This document shows positions 25,598-39,564 of a stretch of 64,000 bases of DNA, in pieces. The notes under the pieces are model-generated. The model made no database searches. It saw only the letters and a program-made list of their open reading frames with translations, and was not told the DNA's origin. The first letter of the stretch is position 1, and each line of letters begins with the position of its first letter. The DNA lies in the NCBI GenBank assembly GCA_013265495.1, contig MU057700.1, forward strand, positions 186,001 to 250,000. Direction: 5' to 3'. Both the position numbers and the translations under genes were made by a program. The stretch comes from Vicugna vicugna. Lineage: Eukaryota.

Positions 25598-27404
25598 GCT
25601 GTCAACCTCTGTTGATCACTGCCACTGGGGAGGAACTTTCTTGGTGTCTTCCATGTGTTACCTCTTCCTTTATCTGAAGAGGAGGCTTCAGTTTACTCCA
25701 CTTTAGCGATGTGGCAACTGCTTCCTGTGGGGTACAAGGGACTTGCCCAAGTCCAAACAGCCAGTAAGTGGCAGAACTCAGATGGAAACCAGCTGTGATC
25801 ACTCCCAAGCCCTCTGGGGCCACAGCTCTCTCTGCTTCTAATACAGGTGCACCAAGTGACTTCTCTCACCTCTCGCTTTGTGACAAAAACTCCTCCCTCC
25901 AAATTCTCATGCTCTGTGGGTTCCAAGCAGTGTTCTTACTGAGAGGCACCTTGGGCTTCTGAAGAAGAGCATCATGTGGCCAGGGAGGCCCTCATACTGA
26001 CCTTTAGCAGCATAGGAGTGAAGTAAAGGGAACTGACCAGAAATATTCCAGGGGGGAGTATTCCACCCCCTACCCCCAGGATAGCACATCCACCATTATG
26101 CTACCATGCAGAGGCTGTTCAACCGAGACCTGCTGTTGGTGACTCAGTGTCCAGAAGGAACAGGCTCAGTTCACAGGTCCCCAACATGCAGCTGAGAAGG
26201 AATTCGTGTCTATTGAACATGTACCATGGGCCAGAAATCTTTTAGTGCAATTTCTCCCTGAAAAGTGCTGGGAGAGAGACGTTATTGTCATGTCTCCATT
26301 GAACAGGAAAATAGTGGAGGCTAGGGGATTAACACTATAGAATTATTTGTGCATTAATACTGGCTTTCCCACTGGACTCTTGGCTTCAGGAGCAGAGATC
26401 TGGTAAGCCCAGCACTGAGCAACACCATTTGTTGTCTGACCTCCAAATCTAAATGGCCTCTGACTACCTAGAAAAGGAAGGTTATGGGGCTTGCTGTGGC
26501 ATGTCCTTTACCCCAGAATCCTTGCCCCAGGAATCGTCTGCCCTTGTTGTCATATAGTACAGTACAGGGACATTGGTGGGAGGCAGATCTGTGTGACAGT
26601 CCTGGCTACAGTTGCTGGCTGTAATTTGACCTTTCTGAGTCTCAGTTTCTTGCCTGCTGTATCCACCCACAGGGTTTCTGTGATGATTAGAAGAGAGGAC
26701 AGAGATAATAGATCAGTGGGGGACATAGGAAGTGGTCAGTAAAGGGTAGCCCTTCAGAAGGCAAGGAAGGAGCAGTGCTACACCACTCAAGGATCTGGGA
26801 ACAGAGAGCTTCTATTCGAATGGAGCTCTGTCCCAACCCAGCAGCCGTGTTGGAACCTGTGGCGGGAACGTGGGGCAGCCTCATCCCAGAGAACTTCTCC
26901 CTCTTGCAGTGGCTCCTACTGCTCTCAGGATTTCTCCATATAAAGGTGGACCTGTAAAGGCACTTCCTCTCCCACATCAAGGGCCCTTGGAAAGTTCAGC
27001 ATCCCAGGTCAACAGCATGAGCTCACAAGCTAGAGAGAAGCCGTGTTCTGGGCCAAGAGGCAGAGCCACGAGGTCAGTCTCTATTGGTCAGGCAGAGTTT
27101 GCCATTTTGGAGAACACATCACATATGTTTCTCCAGGGAGGTTGTCCAGCCCCTAGTCTTCTCGTGGCATTCATTTGCACCAAATGTTTGGCCTCCCAGC
27201 CCCTAAGTGAGTCAGTGCCCCATAGTTTAGAAGGTGCACATAGATAACTGCTTGTGATGACACAAAGGGGTATGTCAGCTGCTTGTGGCATTTGCAGGGC
27301 ACCTCGGCACACCCCTAACCTCAGTCCGACTCTTCCTAGTGTAGATAAAGGGTACCTTCTTTCCGGAGACTTGACATCCGGTAATTCTATTCAGCAACGG
27401 CCCA

Positions 27405-27425
27405 GGAGCTGTCCTCGGTGCTGAC
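27405..27425 (-). promoter_or_regulatory. Canonical RE1/NRSE (REST-binding site)
   Basis: Minus strand GTCAGCACCGAGGACAGCTCC matches the NTCAGCACCNNGGACAGCNCC consensus with the canonical 2-bp spacer. Confidence 0.8.
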
Positions 27426-29389
27426 CAACATCGCTCCTCTTTATGGCCAGGGGTGAAGGACCCCTATGACAGAGGGTGGGCTTTTAACTCTTCGTATAAA
27501 GCTGCACTTGGCGGCAGAGTTGAAAGTTCCTGAGCCTTCATGGTACCTGAAGCTTGATACCACCTGGCTGTCCTCAGCCTCAGAAGGTCGTGAGGACCTG
27601 TTTGGCCTTGGGAATAGCACAATATGCACAGCCTGCTGCTTGTAGAGAAGGGACCAACAGGTCACAGTGCCTAGAGCAGAAGAAGCTGCAGAGGACGAAC
27701 TCCCCCATCAGAGGCATAAGCTCTCCAGGGCAGCAGGATACCAGTCTTGGTCATAGTCCTAAAGATGTGTTTATTTGATGTTGTACTCTTTCCCCTTTCC
27801 ATGTAGTTAAAAGAAATTTCTTATTCATCTGTGAAATAAGAGAAATGGACATCTTTAAGGAGATAAATTGAACTCAAGACTTGGGTACAGATGGGACTGG
27901 ACTCAAACCACTGCCTGGGGCAGAGTCCTTCTGGTTCTGCTATAAGACTTCCTGGCTTAGGATGAGGACTGAACCTCAGAAGTCCCCTTTCCCTTCCCAC
28001 AAGGATACCCCTGGCTCAGTCATACTTATATCATTCATAAATGTCTGACCAGGACTCAGCTCATATTTCTAGCATAAATGCACACAGAGATGCTTGAGTG
28101 AAATGGGAATGGGGGGCTCTGGAGTCTCACACTCAGCCTTATTCCTACTCTCCAGGGTTCCCACTCCCACAGAGTCTGCACTAAAAGCTGTGATGCTAAA
28201 CAGAGCCTTGTAAACAGTGGACATTGAATGGGTCCAGGTGGGGGTGAACAGAAAAGTTTAGCCTGGGGGCATTTCAAAGGACCCACACTTCCTCTACCTT
28301 CAGCTTCTCCTAGCCCTGCTAATTTGGTAAACATACATACTGTGGAATACCTTAAGGTATAAGTGCTTGGCCCAGATGAGAGAGAATGTCTCAGTTTAGA
28401 GAACTTACCCAAAATCATGCTCTAGACACAAGAAAAGTATTTAGTTCTTGTATTTGATGCAGTAGACCTCCAGCTAAAATGGATACATCTGTGTGGAACT
28501 CTAACTTCTTTCCAAATTTCCACTGAAATGATGCAACAGAATATGGAAATAGGAAAAGCATTCATAAATGTTAGAAGGTGGAGAAGTGCAGAATTGCCAA
28601 ATGATAAATTCAGATATTTGAGATATTCCTTCAGAAAAAAATAGGACAAGACCAACTAGAAAGAAGGACCATCCCAATCCCTGGCAGAGCACCATGAGTA
28701 TCACCTGCGAATATTCAAGAATTAGAGACAAGGGCAGCTGGGGACACATATGGATTTCATCCTCCCCCGGCTCATAGCAAAAGTGTAGCATTAAAGCTGC
28801 ACTAGATTTGTGTCCAATAAAAAGGAAGACTTAAAGTATATGAAGAATAGGGATATTGCCCTATGATTACCATCACAAATACAGTTAAAGAAATGTCTCT
28901 GAACAGGGTCAGAAATATACGGATTTTCATCTAACCCTCAATAACTGAGTGACCTCAGGAAAGTTACTTGATGATCTCTGAACTTCAATTTCTTTCATCA
29001 GTGAAGATGATCTTGGAATTAACTTCATAGAGCTGTGAGAATTAAATGCAGTAATCCACAGTATGGACTCAGCACAGGGATGGAACTTAGTAGGTAAATA
29101 TTACTTCCTGAATTGGTTCCAGTGTTAGATAGGTAACATGATCCATGTTTATATCTATTTAAAAAGGAGAAGTCCAGCTTCACTAATATCTAATATGGAG
29201 GTTGAGTCTGGCAAACCAAACGTCAGGTGGATTTCAGTCATGTCTGGCAAAGACCATGTACTAGGGCAGAGCAGGAACTCCCACTGCAGAAGGTGGACAG
29301 TGGTCCCCCTCGCCACCAATTCCTGCTTTCAGAATTTTGCACCTATTGTAGGACTCAGCTACAGATACATGTGGATTATCTTTTCTTAC

Positions 29390-32300
29390 ATAGTTGAATC
29401 TTTGCTCATACTATCTCTGTCTGGTTCTGGTCTTAGGGTAATGCTGGCTTCATAGAATGATTTAGGAAGTCTTCCCTCTACTTCTTTCTAGAAAATTGGT
29501 ATACTTTCTTTCTTAAATGTTTGGTAGAATTCACCAGTGAACCCACCTGGGCCTGGCGTTTTCTGTTTTGTAAGGTTATAAATTATTGATTCAATTTCTT
29601 TAATAGATGCGGGCCTTTTCAGATTGTATATTTCTTCTTGTGTGACTTTTTGCAGATTGTGTCTTTCAAGGAATTGGTTCATCTAGGTTTCCAATTTTTG
29701 AATATACAGTTGTTCATAATATTCCTTTATTGTCTTTTTAATGTCCATGGGACCTGTAGTGATGTCCTTTTATTGCTTATATTAGTAATTTTGTCCTTTC
29801 TTAGCCTTGCTAGAGACATCAATTTTACTGATATTTTCAAAGAACTAGCTTTTGGTTTCATTGATTTTCTCTATTGATTTCCTGTTTTCAGTTCCATTGA
29901 TTTCTGTTCTAATTTTTTATTACTTTTCTTCTGCTTAATTTGAATTTAATTTGCTCTTCTTTTTCTAGTTTCCCAAGGGGGAAGCTTAGGTGATTAATTT
30001 TAGGTCTTAATTCTTTTCAAATATATGTATTCAATGCTATAAAAATTTCCTTTAAGCACTGCTTTTGTTGCATTCTACCAATTTTAATAAGTTGTATTTT
30101 CATTTCATTTAGTTCAAAATACTTTTTATTTTGAGATTTCTTCTTTGAACCATGTTTCACTTAAAATTGTGTTGTTTAATTTCCAAGTATTTTGGGATTT
30201 CCTAACTATCTTTCTATTATTTATTTCTGGTTTAATTCCATGTGATCTGAAAGCAGACATTGTATTTTATATTCTTTTAAATTTAGTATGTGTTTTATGG
30301 CCCAGAATGTGGTCTATCTTGGTAAATGTTCCATGTAAGTTTGAGAAGAATGTGCATTTTGCTGTTGTTGAATGAAGTAGCTGATAGATGTCAGTCATAC
30401 CCAGTTGAATTCACTGTATCATTACTGAGTTTCTGTCTGCTGGGTTTGTCCATTTCTGACTGAGGAGAGTTTATGTCTCCAAATATAATAGTGGATTTAT
30501 CTATTTTTCCTTCCAGTTTTATCAGTTTTGCCTCAAGTACTTTGATGCTCTGTTGTTAGGTCCATACACGTTAAGGATGATTATGTCTTCTTGGAGAACT
30601 GACTCCTTTATCATTATGTAATCCCCCTCTTTATCACTAATGACTTTCTTTGCTATGAAGTCTGTTCTGTCTGAAATTAATACAGGTACCCCTGCTTTCT
30701 TTTGACAAGTGTTAGTATGGTATATCTTTCTACAACCTGTTCCTTTTAATCTATTTGGATTTCTATTTAAAGTGGGTTTATGCAGACAACATATAGTTGA
30801 GGTCTTGTTTTTTGATCCATACTGACAATCTCTATCTTTAAATTGGTGTATTTAGATGATTGACATTTAAAGTGATTATTGACATAATTGGATTAATATA
30901 TACCATATTTGTTACTATTTTCTATTTGTTGTCTTGTTTTTTTTGTTTCTATTTTTGTCCTTTTACATTTTTTCTGCCTTTTGTAACTTTAATTGATTGA
31001 GCATTTTATATAATTCCATTTTATCTCCTTGCTTAACATATTTGTTATATATATACACACATTTTAAAAACTTTTTTAGCAGTTGTGCCAGAGTTTGCAC
31101 TATACATTTACAACTAAGTCAAGACCATTTTAAAATAACACTATGGATTCATAAGTAGTGAAAGTACCTTATAAGTACAGGATATTTCTAATTCTTCCCC
31201 CTATCCCTTGGATCATTACTGTCATTATTGTCACTTATACATAAGCAATGCATATAATTATATACATATGCTTATATACAATGTATGTATATAATTATCA
31301 AAAATGTATACAACTATATATGCTTATGTACAAGTCATATATATATGCATATATGCTTATATATGCAATTATTTTGAACAAACTGTCATCTGTTAGATTA
31401 AGAATGAGAAACTAAAAGTTTTTATGTTACCTTCACTTATTCAATTTCCAATGCCCTTCCTTTCTTTATAGATTAGACTCTGACCTATCATTTTCCTTCT
31501 CTCTGAAGAATTTCTTTTAACATTTATTGCAAGGCAGATCTACTGGAAACAAATTATCTCAATTTTTGTTTGTCTGAGAAAGTCTTTTTTTCTCCTTTTC
31601 CTTTGAAGGAGATTTTCACGTGGTGCAGACATCTAGGTCAGTTGTTTCTTTTCTCTCAACACTTCAAATATTTTGTTCCGTTCTCATCTTCCTTTCTTGG
31701 TTTCTGAGAAGAAGTCAAATGTAAATCTTACCTTTGCTCCTTTATAGGTAAGCTTTTCTTTTTCCTTTTGGCTTCTCTCAAAATTTTTTCTTTGTCTTGA
31801 ATTTCCTGAAGTTTGAACATGATATGCCTAGGTATAGGTTGCTATTATTGCTGTTTTGGTATTTATCCTCCTTGGTTTTCTCTGAGCTTCTCAGATCTGT
31901 GGTTTGGTATTTGACATTAATTTGGGGGAAATTATCAGTCATTATTTCTTCAAATATTGCTTCTTTTTTTTTCTCTTTCTTTCTTCTTCTGGTATTCTCA
32001 TTACACATATGTTACACTTTTTGTAGTTGTTCCACGGTTTTTGGATGTTCTATTCTGTTTTTTTCCCCGTTTGATTTTCATTTTTGAAAGTTTCTATTGT
32101 CATATCCTCAAGCTCAGAGATTCTTTCCTCAGCCACATTCAGCCTACTAATGAGTCCATCAAAGATACTCTTCATTTCTGTTATAGTGTTTGTGATCTCT
32201 AGCATCATTTTTACTCCTTCTTAGAATTTCTGTCTCTGTGCTTACATTACCTATCTGTTCTTGCATATTGCCTACTATTTCCACTAGTGCTCTTAGCATA

Positions 32301-33170
32301 TTAATCATAATTGTTTTTAATTTCCAGTCTGATTATTCCAACATTTCTGCCATATCTGATTCTTATTCTGATGCTTGTTCAGTCTCTTCAAACTGTGTTT
32401 TTTTGCCTTTTAGTAGGTCTTGTAATTTTTTTGTTGAAATTTGGAGATGATGTACTGAGGGAAAGGAACTCTGGTAAACAGACCTTTAATAAAGTGGTGG
32501 TAAGGTATGGGGGGAGGGAAAGTATTTTCTAGTCCTAGGAGTAGGTCTCAGCCTTCTAATGGACCTCATCTTGGTCTTGAACTTCATCAGTACTTCTCCA
32601 TTGTTTTCCCCCCTAAGGTGGGACAGGATGGCTCGAGGGGGCTGGAGCTGGGGCATTTCCCTTTTCCTGGATAGGTTAGGTTCTGACAAAATCCCAGTAG
32701 ATTAGGCTTTGGCAAAATAGTTTTTGTGAAGACAAGCATTATCAAGAAGTACAGAATGCTCTGCTGTATTTTAAAATGATTCATTTCCCCCTCTTTCTAC
32801 CAGAAGCATGAGGAGATTTTTCTGTGATATTCATTCTGAGGACTTGGCATAACTCTTGGAGGTAAAACTTACAGAAGTATGGGGTTCCCTGATGACTGGA
32901 TCCCCCTGGAGTTTTTAACTCTCAAACGTGTCCATTTTGAGCCTCCAGAAATTCATCAGCTACAGTTTAGGTTGCTCTCACATTGGCTCCCCTGAAGGTT
33001 TTTGCTCCATTAACTTGCATCTGCCTGTCTATCTCTCCAATATGGGGGATAGCAGTTTGTCCTGTGACTTCACTTCTCTGAAGAATCTAAGAGGAGTTGT
33101 TAATTTTTCAGTTTGTTCAGCTTTTTACTTGTTAGGACAGAGTGGCAACTTCTAAACTCCTTACATGTTA
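29390..33170 (-). mobile_element. Old L1M fragment spanning ORF2 N-terminal region to ORF1/5' region
   Basis: ORF 29488-29682 (KQKTPGPGGFTGEFYQTFKKE) is L1 ORF2-like; ORF 31778-32008 (EAIFEEIMTDNFPQI) is ORF1-like. Confidence 0.8.
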
Positions 33171-33513
33171 CACTAGAATGCCAAATAGTTGAATCTTAAT
33201 ATGCTCTGTGGGGAGACGTAGAATGACCATGGAAGTCCTCTGTACCAGAGAGGTTTGCTGGTTACCACATGCAAATTACTAAGAGGAGTCATTGAAATTC
33301 ATGAGGTTACACCTTTGTCTTTGATAAAAGGACAAGCGTTCTAAATTGTTGACATTAATGGAACTTTTCCTTGATCTTTAATGTGATGGAAAATGGGCAG
33401 TACCTCTCAAGGAAAGGAGAGACATAGTCAGATTTGATCATTTGAAAGATCACTTTGGCTGCATCATGCAGAATAGGTCTCAGGCAACCTCAGCAAGAAT
33501 GGTTTTAATCTAG

Positions 33514-34302
33514 TGTTTGGGGTTGAGTTCTTTTTACTCACACTTCTGATACCAAATGTGTAGATTTTTTCCCCTTCACACCAACCACTTCTCTGACTTT
33601 CCAGACACCAACTGGGCATCCTACAGTTCAATTCAATTCTGACAACCCGAGTTAGCATGAGACTCCACAGATTTAAAGACTCAGTCCCACAAGAGTGTCC
33701 TCACTAGTCACAAATTTCAGGCCCCCGGGTTACCCACACTACCATCAAATTAGATTCCTGTGACACCACACAACGCACCCCCAACCTGAGTTTCGATAAT
33801 TTGCTAGAACAGTTCACAGAACTCAGGAAAACAGTTTACTTACAATTACTGGTTTATTATAGAGGATACAGCTCAGGAACACTCAAATGGAAGAGATACG
33901 TAGGGCAAGATATGAAAGGATGTCATGGCTTCTTCAGACTTACCATCTTCCTAGTACCGCAATGTGTTCACCAACCTGGCAACTCTCTGAATTACATTGT
34001 TTTGGGGTTTTTGTTTTTGTTTTTTTTATTGATTAGGGGTTTTTATGGAGGTTTAATCATGTAGATATGATCGATTATTAACCTGTTCTTCAGCTCATCA
34101 ACCTCTTGGAAGTTGAGGACGGGGATGAAAGTTCTAGGATTCTGATCAAGGTTTGGTGTTTCTGGTGACCAGCCCTCATCCTGGAGATACCTAGGCATCT
34201 GCAAAGAGTACCCTTATTAGAAGAAAAGACACTGCTTTCACTCAGGAACTTCCAAGGCATTTAAGATTGCCATGTCAAGGACTGGGGGCAAAGACCAAAT
34301 AT
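33514..34302 (-). mobile_element. MER21-like LTR
   Basis: 'cacacttctgataccaaatgtg', 'ttgctagaacagttcacagaactcagg', 'ggggcaaagaccaaatat'. Confidence 0.7.
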
Positions 34303-34817
34303 GAACTTAAGAAGGTTGGCTGTGATGGGAAAAGAAAGCAGAATGGGATCTATGACGCCTGGACATTCTTGGTAATTTTTGAAAATGAGAAAGGTTAGAT
34401 GTTTAAATGGAAGACATTAAAGAGAGAGATGAGAGAGAGTGTAATTAAATGCATTATATTAAAGAGGAGATACGGCATCCAGAGGAGAGGATGAGAGAAT
34501 GACCTCTGAAAGAAAAGGAACTGGGTCCTCCACCATGACAGGAGGGAAGAAGGGAAGGATGCAGACAAATGTATAAATCTGAGGGTAAGATTTGAGGCAG
34601 TTCCTGACGATGGTTTTAAATTTCCCTATGAGGTAAAAGAAGGAGAGTCACCATCTGACAGGGAGGGAAATAGAGAGAAGCCTGGGGTTTGGTAAAGGCC
34701 TGGAGGATTTGAAATTGTTGGGAATGTTTGGAGAATCTAGAAGAGAGTAGAGTGAAAAACTCAAACCATGAAAAAATAAGGCCATAAATGTAACCCTATT
34801 ATACAAATTAAGACATT

Positions 34818-35345
34818 TGTTGCAGGAGAAGAGGGGGGAAATCTAGAGAATGATCATGTCCCAGGTTTCGGGTGAGTTCCTGGGACTGGCCACCAAGTGA
34901 GGGTCCTTGGCATCATGCAAGAAAGAATCCAAGAGCGAGCCATAGTAAAGTGAAAGCAAGTTTATTTAGAGAGATTCACATTCCATAGACCTTCTCAAAA
35001 GGTGAGAGCAGGTCGGAATGTGAGGGTGGTTAGTTTTTATGGCCTGGGTAATTCCACATGCCAGTGAGAGAGAGAAATAGTCCATTTTGGGGAGGGGCAG
35101 AGATTTCCAGGAATTGGGCCACTGCCCACTTTTTGGCCTTTTATGGTCAGCCTTGGAACTGTCCTGGCACCTATGGGTGTGTCATTTAGCATGCTAATGT
35201 ATTACAATGAGCACGTAATGAAGCTCAAGGTCTACAGGAAGTCGAATCTTCTGCTATCTTGGGCCTAGTCAGTTCTAACCAGTTTTTGTCATCAGCTGTG
35301 TCATTCTTTTAATAGTTGTATCCTTCCTCCTTCCTTCTTGTCTCA
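34818..35345 (-). mobile_element. ERV1 solo LTR, MER41-like
   Basis: Minus strand TGAGACA...GCAACA; core 'cattagcatgctaaatgacacaccc'; AATAAA; GAS motif TTCCAGGAA at 35105-35113; 4-bp flanks CATT/TGTT. Confidence 0.8.
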
Positions 35346-35709
35346 TGTTGTCTCCATCAAAAGATAACACAAAAGGAGTGATGATATGAGCCATGGGTGG
35401 GGAGAAGATTGTCCAAACAATTGGACATTTACCAATTTGTAACACATTTAACTCTCACTGAACAAACGCCTAGGATGTCTAGAAAGATTCCAAATCAATA
35501 AGAAAAAGAATAATCAATAGAAAACTGAGCAAAAACCTTGAGCAGGCGTTTTACTAAAGACTAAATTCAAATGACTGATAAACATGTGCAAAGATGTCTA
35601 ATGTCATTCATCATCAGTAAAACAAAAATTAAATCCGTAAGACAATACTATACAACAACCAGATATACAAAAATTGAGAAATCAACACATAAAGTATTGG
35701 TAAGGATTA

Positions 35710-36200
35710 TGTATTAGTTTCCTATTGCTGCTGTAATAAATTACCAAAATCCTAGTGGCTTAAAACAATACAAGGCTACCGTCTTACAGTTCTGGAGGTC
35801 AGTCTCATTGGGATAAATTCAAGATTGCTGGAGGCTGTAGGAGAGAACCTGTTTCCCAGACTTCTACAGCTTTTATACGCTATCTACTTTCTTTGGCTTG
35901 TCATCCCATCCTCCATCTTCAAAGCCAGCAATGTACCATCTTCAAATCTCTCTCTCTCTCCCCTTCTGACTTCTGCTTCTGTCATCACACCTCCTTGTGT
36001 GACTCTGAACCTCATACCTCCCTCTTATAGGCGTCCTTGTGATTATGCTGGCCACTCCCATGCCCCCTAATCTCCCCAAGATCCTTAACTGATCATATCT
36101 GCAAAGTTTGTTTTAAATAATGTAAGGAAAGGACACATATTAACAGTTCTGGGGATTAGGACATGGACTTTCGGGGGGCTAGTTTATTCTGCCTACCACA
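35710..36200 (-). mobile_element. MaLR solo LTR (MLT1C/D-like)
   Basis: Plus strand 'tgtattagtttcctattgctgctgtaataaattacc...attctgcctaccaca'. Confidence 0.8.
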
Positions 36201-36238
36201 GGTTGGAATAATGGGCACTCCATACACTGCTGGTAATG

Positions 36239-36849
36239 TGGTTAAAGCTGCTCCAGGTTCCTTGCTCAAAACCCACCAATCCCCACCTCTAGCAAGAGTT
36301 AACATTATTCTTTATGTTAAAGAGTTCAAGGATAAGAAAGGAAGCTGCAAACAAACCAAAAAACCCAGATGGAACCATCTGAGACCAAGATGGCAACTGA
36401 TCTGATCTCCAACAGACCCTGAGTCTCACTACACAGTGATTTGACTACATTAGCATATTAAATGACACACCCACTGGTGACCATGACCAGATATTTAGGA
36501 CCAAAAAAAGGATAACAAGGGGGTGGCACCCTACTCCCTCGGAAGAGCCTGCCCCTCCCCCAGTAACTAATGCATATGGCTCCTCATCATTAGCCTCACT
36601 CCTCCTCCCTTTGTCTTCACTCTTTAAAATTAATTCACCTTTTGCCACGTGGGCGAGATGTTGATTTGTGAAATTCATGACCGCTTCTCCATTTTTGGTC
36701 ACTGAATAAAGCTTGTGCAATGTTATCAGCTTCGGTTTTGTTATTGGGCTGCCTTTAACACGAATGGAAAAAGAACCCTCCCCCGCTGAGCCAGAGAGCC
36801 TCGCCAAGCTAGGGCCTGAGTAGGGTCCATATGACTTAACTCGGTAACA
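36239..36849 (+). mobile_element. ERV1 solo LTR, MER41-related
   Basis: TG...ACA termini, 'ccaagatggc', 'cattagcatattaaatgacacaccc', AATAAA at ~36705; 4-bp flanks aatg/gatg; interrupts an L1 fragment. Confidence 0.75.
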
Positions 36850-37086
36850 GATGTTTATTAGTACAACTGCTTTAGAAAACAATTGGATATTTCCTAACAG
36901 AATTGAATGCGTGCATTTCCTATGACCCAGCAGTTGCATTTCCAGCCTACACTTAAGGGAACCCTTGCACCTCGGCACCAGGAAACAGACACTGGAATAA
37001 TCAAAGGGGTCGAGTCCTAGTATCTACCTCTCTGATCTCATCTCCTTTTATTTTTGGCCTTGCTTACTCTTCTCCAGACACACAAG

Positions 37087-37780
37087 ATATTGTGTGATGA
37101 AGAATTTGGCTGGCCTTTGTCCCCTCAATCCTAAAACCCGTGGAGTTTTCTGAGTGATACAGGTGTCTTCACTATTCCTGGTGGGCCCTGAGAGCACACC
37201 TGAGCTCATGCTAATGCGGTAACTCAGGGTGGGGTCTGACCATCCAGAAAGACCAACCAAGTGATAAGAGGATTGGGGCTTTGAGTTATGTGACATAGAC
37301 CCGTCTTCCAGGGTAAAGGGAAGGGGCTAGAGATTGAACCATATGGGCAACGAATGATTTAATCATGCTTATGCAATGGACACAGAAATTAAACTCTGGA
37401 CACAGAAGCTCAGGTGAGCTTCCCTGATTAATAATACTATGTTCCAGGAGGGTGATGCACTGTGAGTCTGTGGGGGAAGAGATAGGGAAGCTTTGCTTTG
37501 GGGACCCTCCCGGATCTTGCCCTATGAGACTCTCCTTCCTGATTTAAATCCTTTTTGTTATGGTAAGACTGTAATCATAAGTACAGTGCTTACCTGAGTT
37601 CTGTGAGTTCTTTTGGTGAATTCTTGAACTTGAGGGAGTAGCCAGTTGGTCAGAAGTGTGGGTAGCCTGGGGACCCCTGAGCTTGGGGCTGGTGTCTGAA
37701 GTGAGGACTTACAGGTGTCTGATGTCTTGTGAGGACTGGACCCTTAACTTGTGAACTCTTAGTGACAGAAGTACATTGCA
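37087..37780 (+). mobile_element. MER21-like LTR
   Basis: 'gatattgtgtgatgaagaatttggctggcctttgtcccc' and 'ctgagttctgtgagt'; opposite orientation to the 33.5-kb copy. Confidence 0.7.
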
Positions 37781-38450
37781 CAGACCCTTTGGTGTTGGTC
37801 CTGCCTGGAGACTGCTGCACTGGCTCCTCCTTCTGCTGGAACACCTCACCTCAGATGGCTGCATGCCTTGGCTTAGATGTCAGCTCAGTGGAAAATACCA
37901 TAGACCCTCCCAATGCAACTTCCCACCCTGGTGCTTTCCATCTCTTTCCCTGCTTTTGTTCCTAATTAGGACTTCTCAACTTTTGACATATGCTATTATT
38001 TATCTATATTTTTTCCTATTTATTGTAGTCTTCCACCCCTAGAATGCTCATGTGGGAAGGGATTTGATCTGCTTTGATCATTCTTCTATCCTAATGCCTA
38101 AAGGAGTGCCTGGCACATAGAAGGTGTTCAAGAAATATTTGTCCAATGAATGAATGAATAATAGCAAAAATGTCAGCTTCCCAAATGTCTGCTAATAGTA
38201 AACCAAATAAATGTATTATAACAGAATACCAAACAACAGTAACATGAATAAACTAAATAAATTCATCAACGTGGTGGATGAATCTCACAAACATAATATT
38301 GATGATACAAGCAAGTGACAGTAGGAAATATAGAGTATGATTCCATTCACACAAGTTCAAAAATGGCATACATATCTAGGGGTAAAAGTTTAAACAGAGG
38401 CATGGGAATAAATATCAGGATAATGGTTACCTCTGGGAGGGAGGTGGCAG

Positions 38451-38900
38451 TGAGACAGGAGGGAAGGGGGCAGGGTACAACCACTGAAGGACTGACACAG
38501 CCATTGAGGACAGGACAAACTGGTTAGAACCAAGATGGCAGAAGATCCGTCTTCCAGTAGACCTGGAGCCTCATGGTGCACCGACAGGAGCCCCAACAGT
38601 TCCCAGGCTGACCATAAAAGTCAAAAAGTGGGCAGGGGCCTGATTCCTGGAAATCCCTGACCCTTTCCCAACGTAGCTGGAATAATCCACCGACCTGTTA
38701 GCATATGAAATTACTGGGCCCATTAAAAAACTAACAACTCTGCACCTCGTGGTTGCTCTGTCTCTTGTCTCTTGCCTTCTGAGAGAGGCTGCGCTCTGTC
38801 TATGGAGTGTGTATCTCTCTAAATATACTTACTTTTGCTTGACTATGCCTTTCTTTTGAATTCTTTCCTGCGTGAAGTGAGAACTTATTCTCTGGCAACA
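38451..38900 (+). mobile_element. ERV1 solo LTR, MER41-like
   Basis: TGAGACAGG...GGCAACA, same family as 34818-35345; GAS motif TTCCTGGAA at 38644-38652; 4-bp flanks gcag/gtag. Confidence 0.82.
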
Positions 38901-39564
38901 GTAGGGAGAGGGGATAAGGGGCGAGCAACTGGGGAGGACAGAAAGGGGGCTTCTCATGTACTGGCAATGTGCTGTTTCTTAACCGAAGTCCTGATTCCAT
39001 GGGTGTTCTCACGTGATTCTTCTTAAAACTGTACGTATACATTTCATACACTCTTCTGAACGTCTAACATATTTCACAGTTTAAGAAAAGGAGAGAAGGA
39101 ACTGGGTGACTGAGTAGCGTTGAGGTCTCAGTTCCATTGAGGAATTTGGTGTGACTTTAGAGTGATAGCAGGGCTGTGTCATTATATCTAGCAGCACTTA
39201 GATACCTGAGGGTACACCTGGAGAAGGCAGAGTTGGGGTCATCTGTCACTGGAGTTTTGCCGGCTGGGAGACAGGAAGGTAAGACAAGCAGGGAAATCTA
39301 GCGTATCGGCAAGGGAGCAATTGAAAACCTATTCTGTGGAAACAAGGCCAAAAGGGGAGGAAAGTAAAATCAGGAGGGAGAAAGCTGAAATCCTGGGAAG
39401 ACCTAGTTTGGGCCGGGAATCAGAGATCTAGAGAACCCAGCGCAGTCAATGACCAGAACTCCATGGGTGTAAAAAGCTAAGCCAGTATAATCACTGTGAT
39501 GGGATGTCTTAAAGCGGGGGCACATCTGAGACAAGACAATGTCTGGGTGCAATAGTGGCTGAAT

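Noticed and set aside
28422..28791. Hydrophobic minus-strand ORFs suggestive of a membrane protein or receptor fragment
   Set aside because: No convincing family motif or exon structure; more likely a decayed repeat or chance. A BLASTX search would settle it.
31240..31375. TA-rich imperfect inverted repeats
   Set aside because: Low-complexity expansion inside an old L1; symmetry is expected from (TA)n content.
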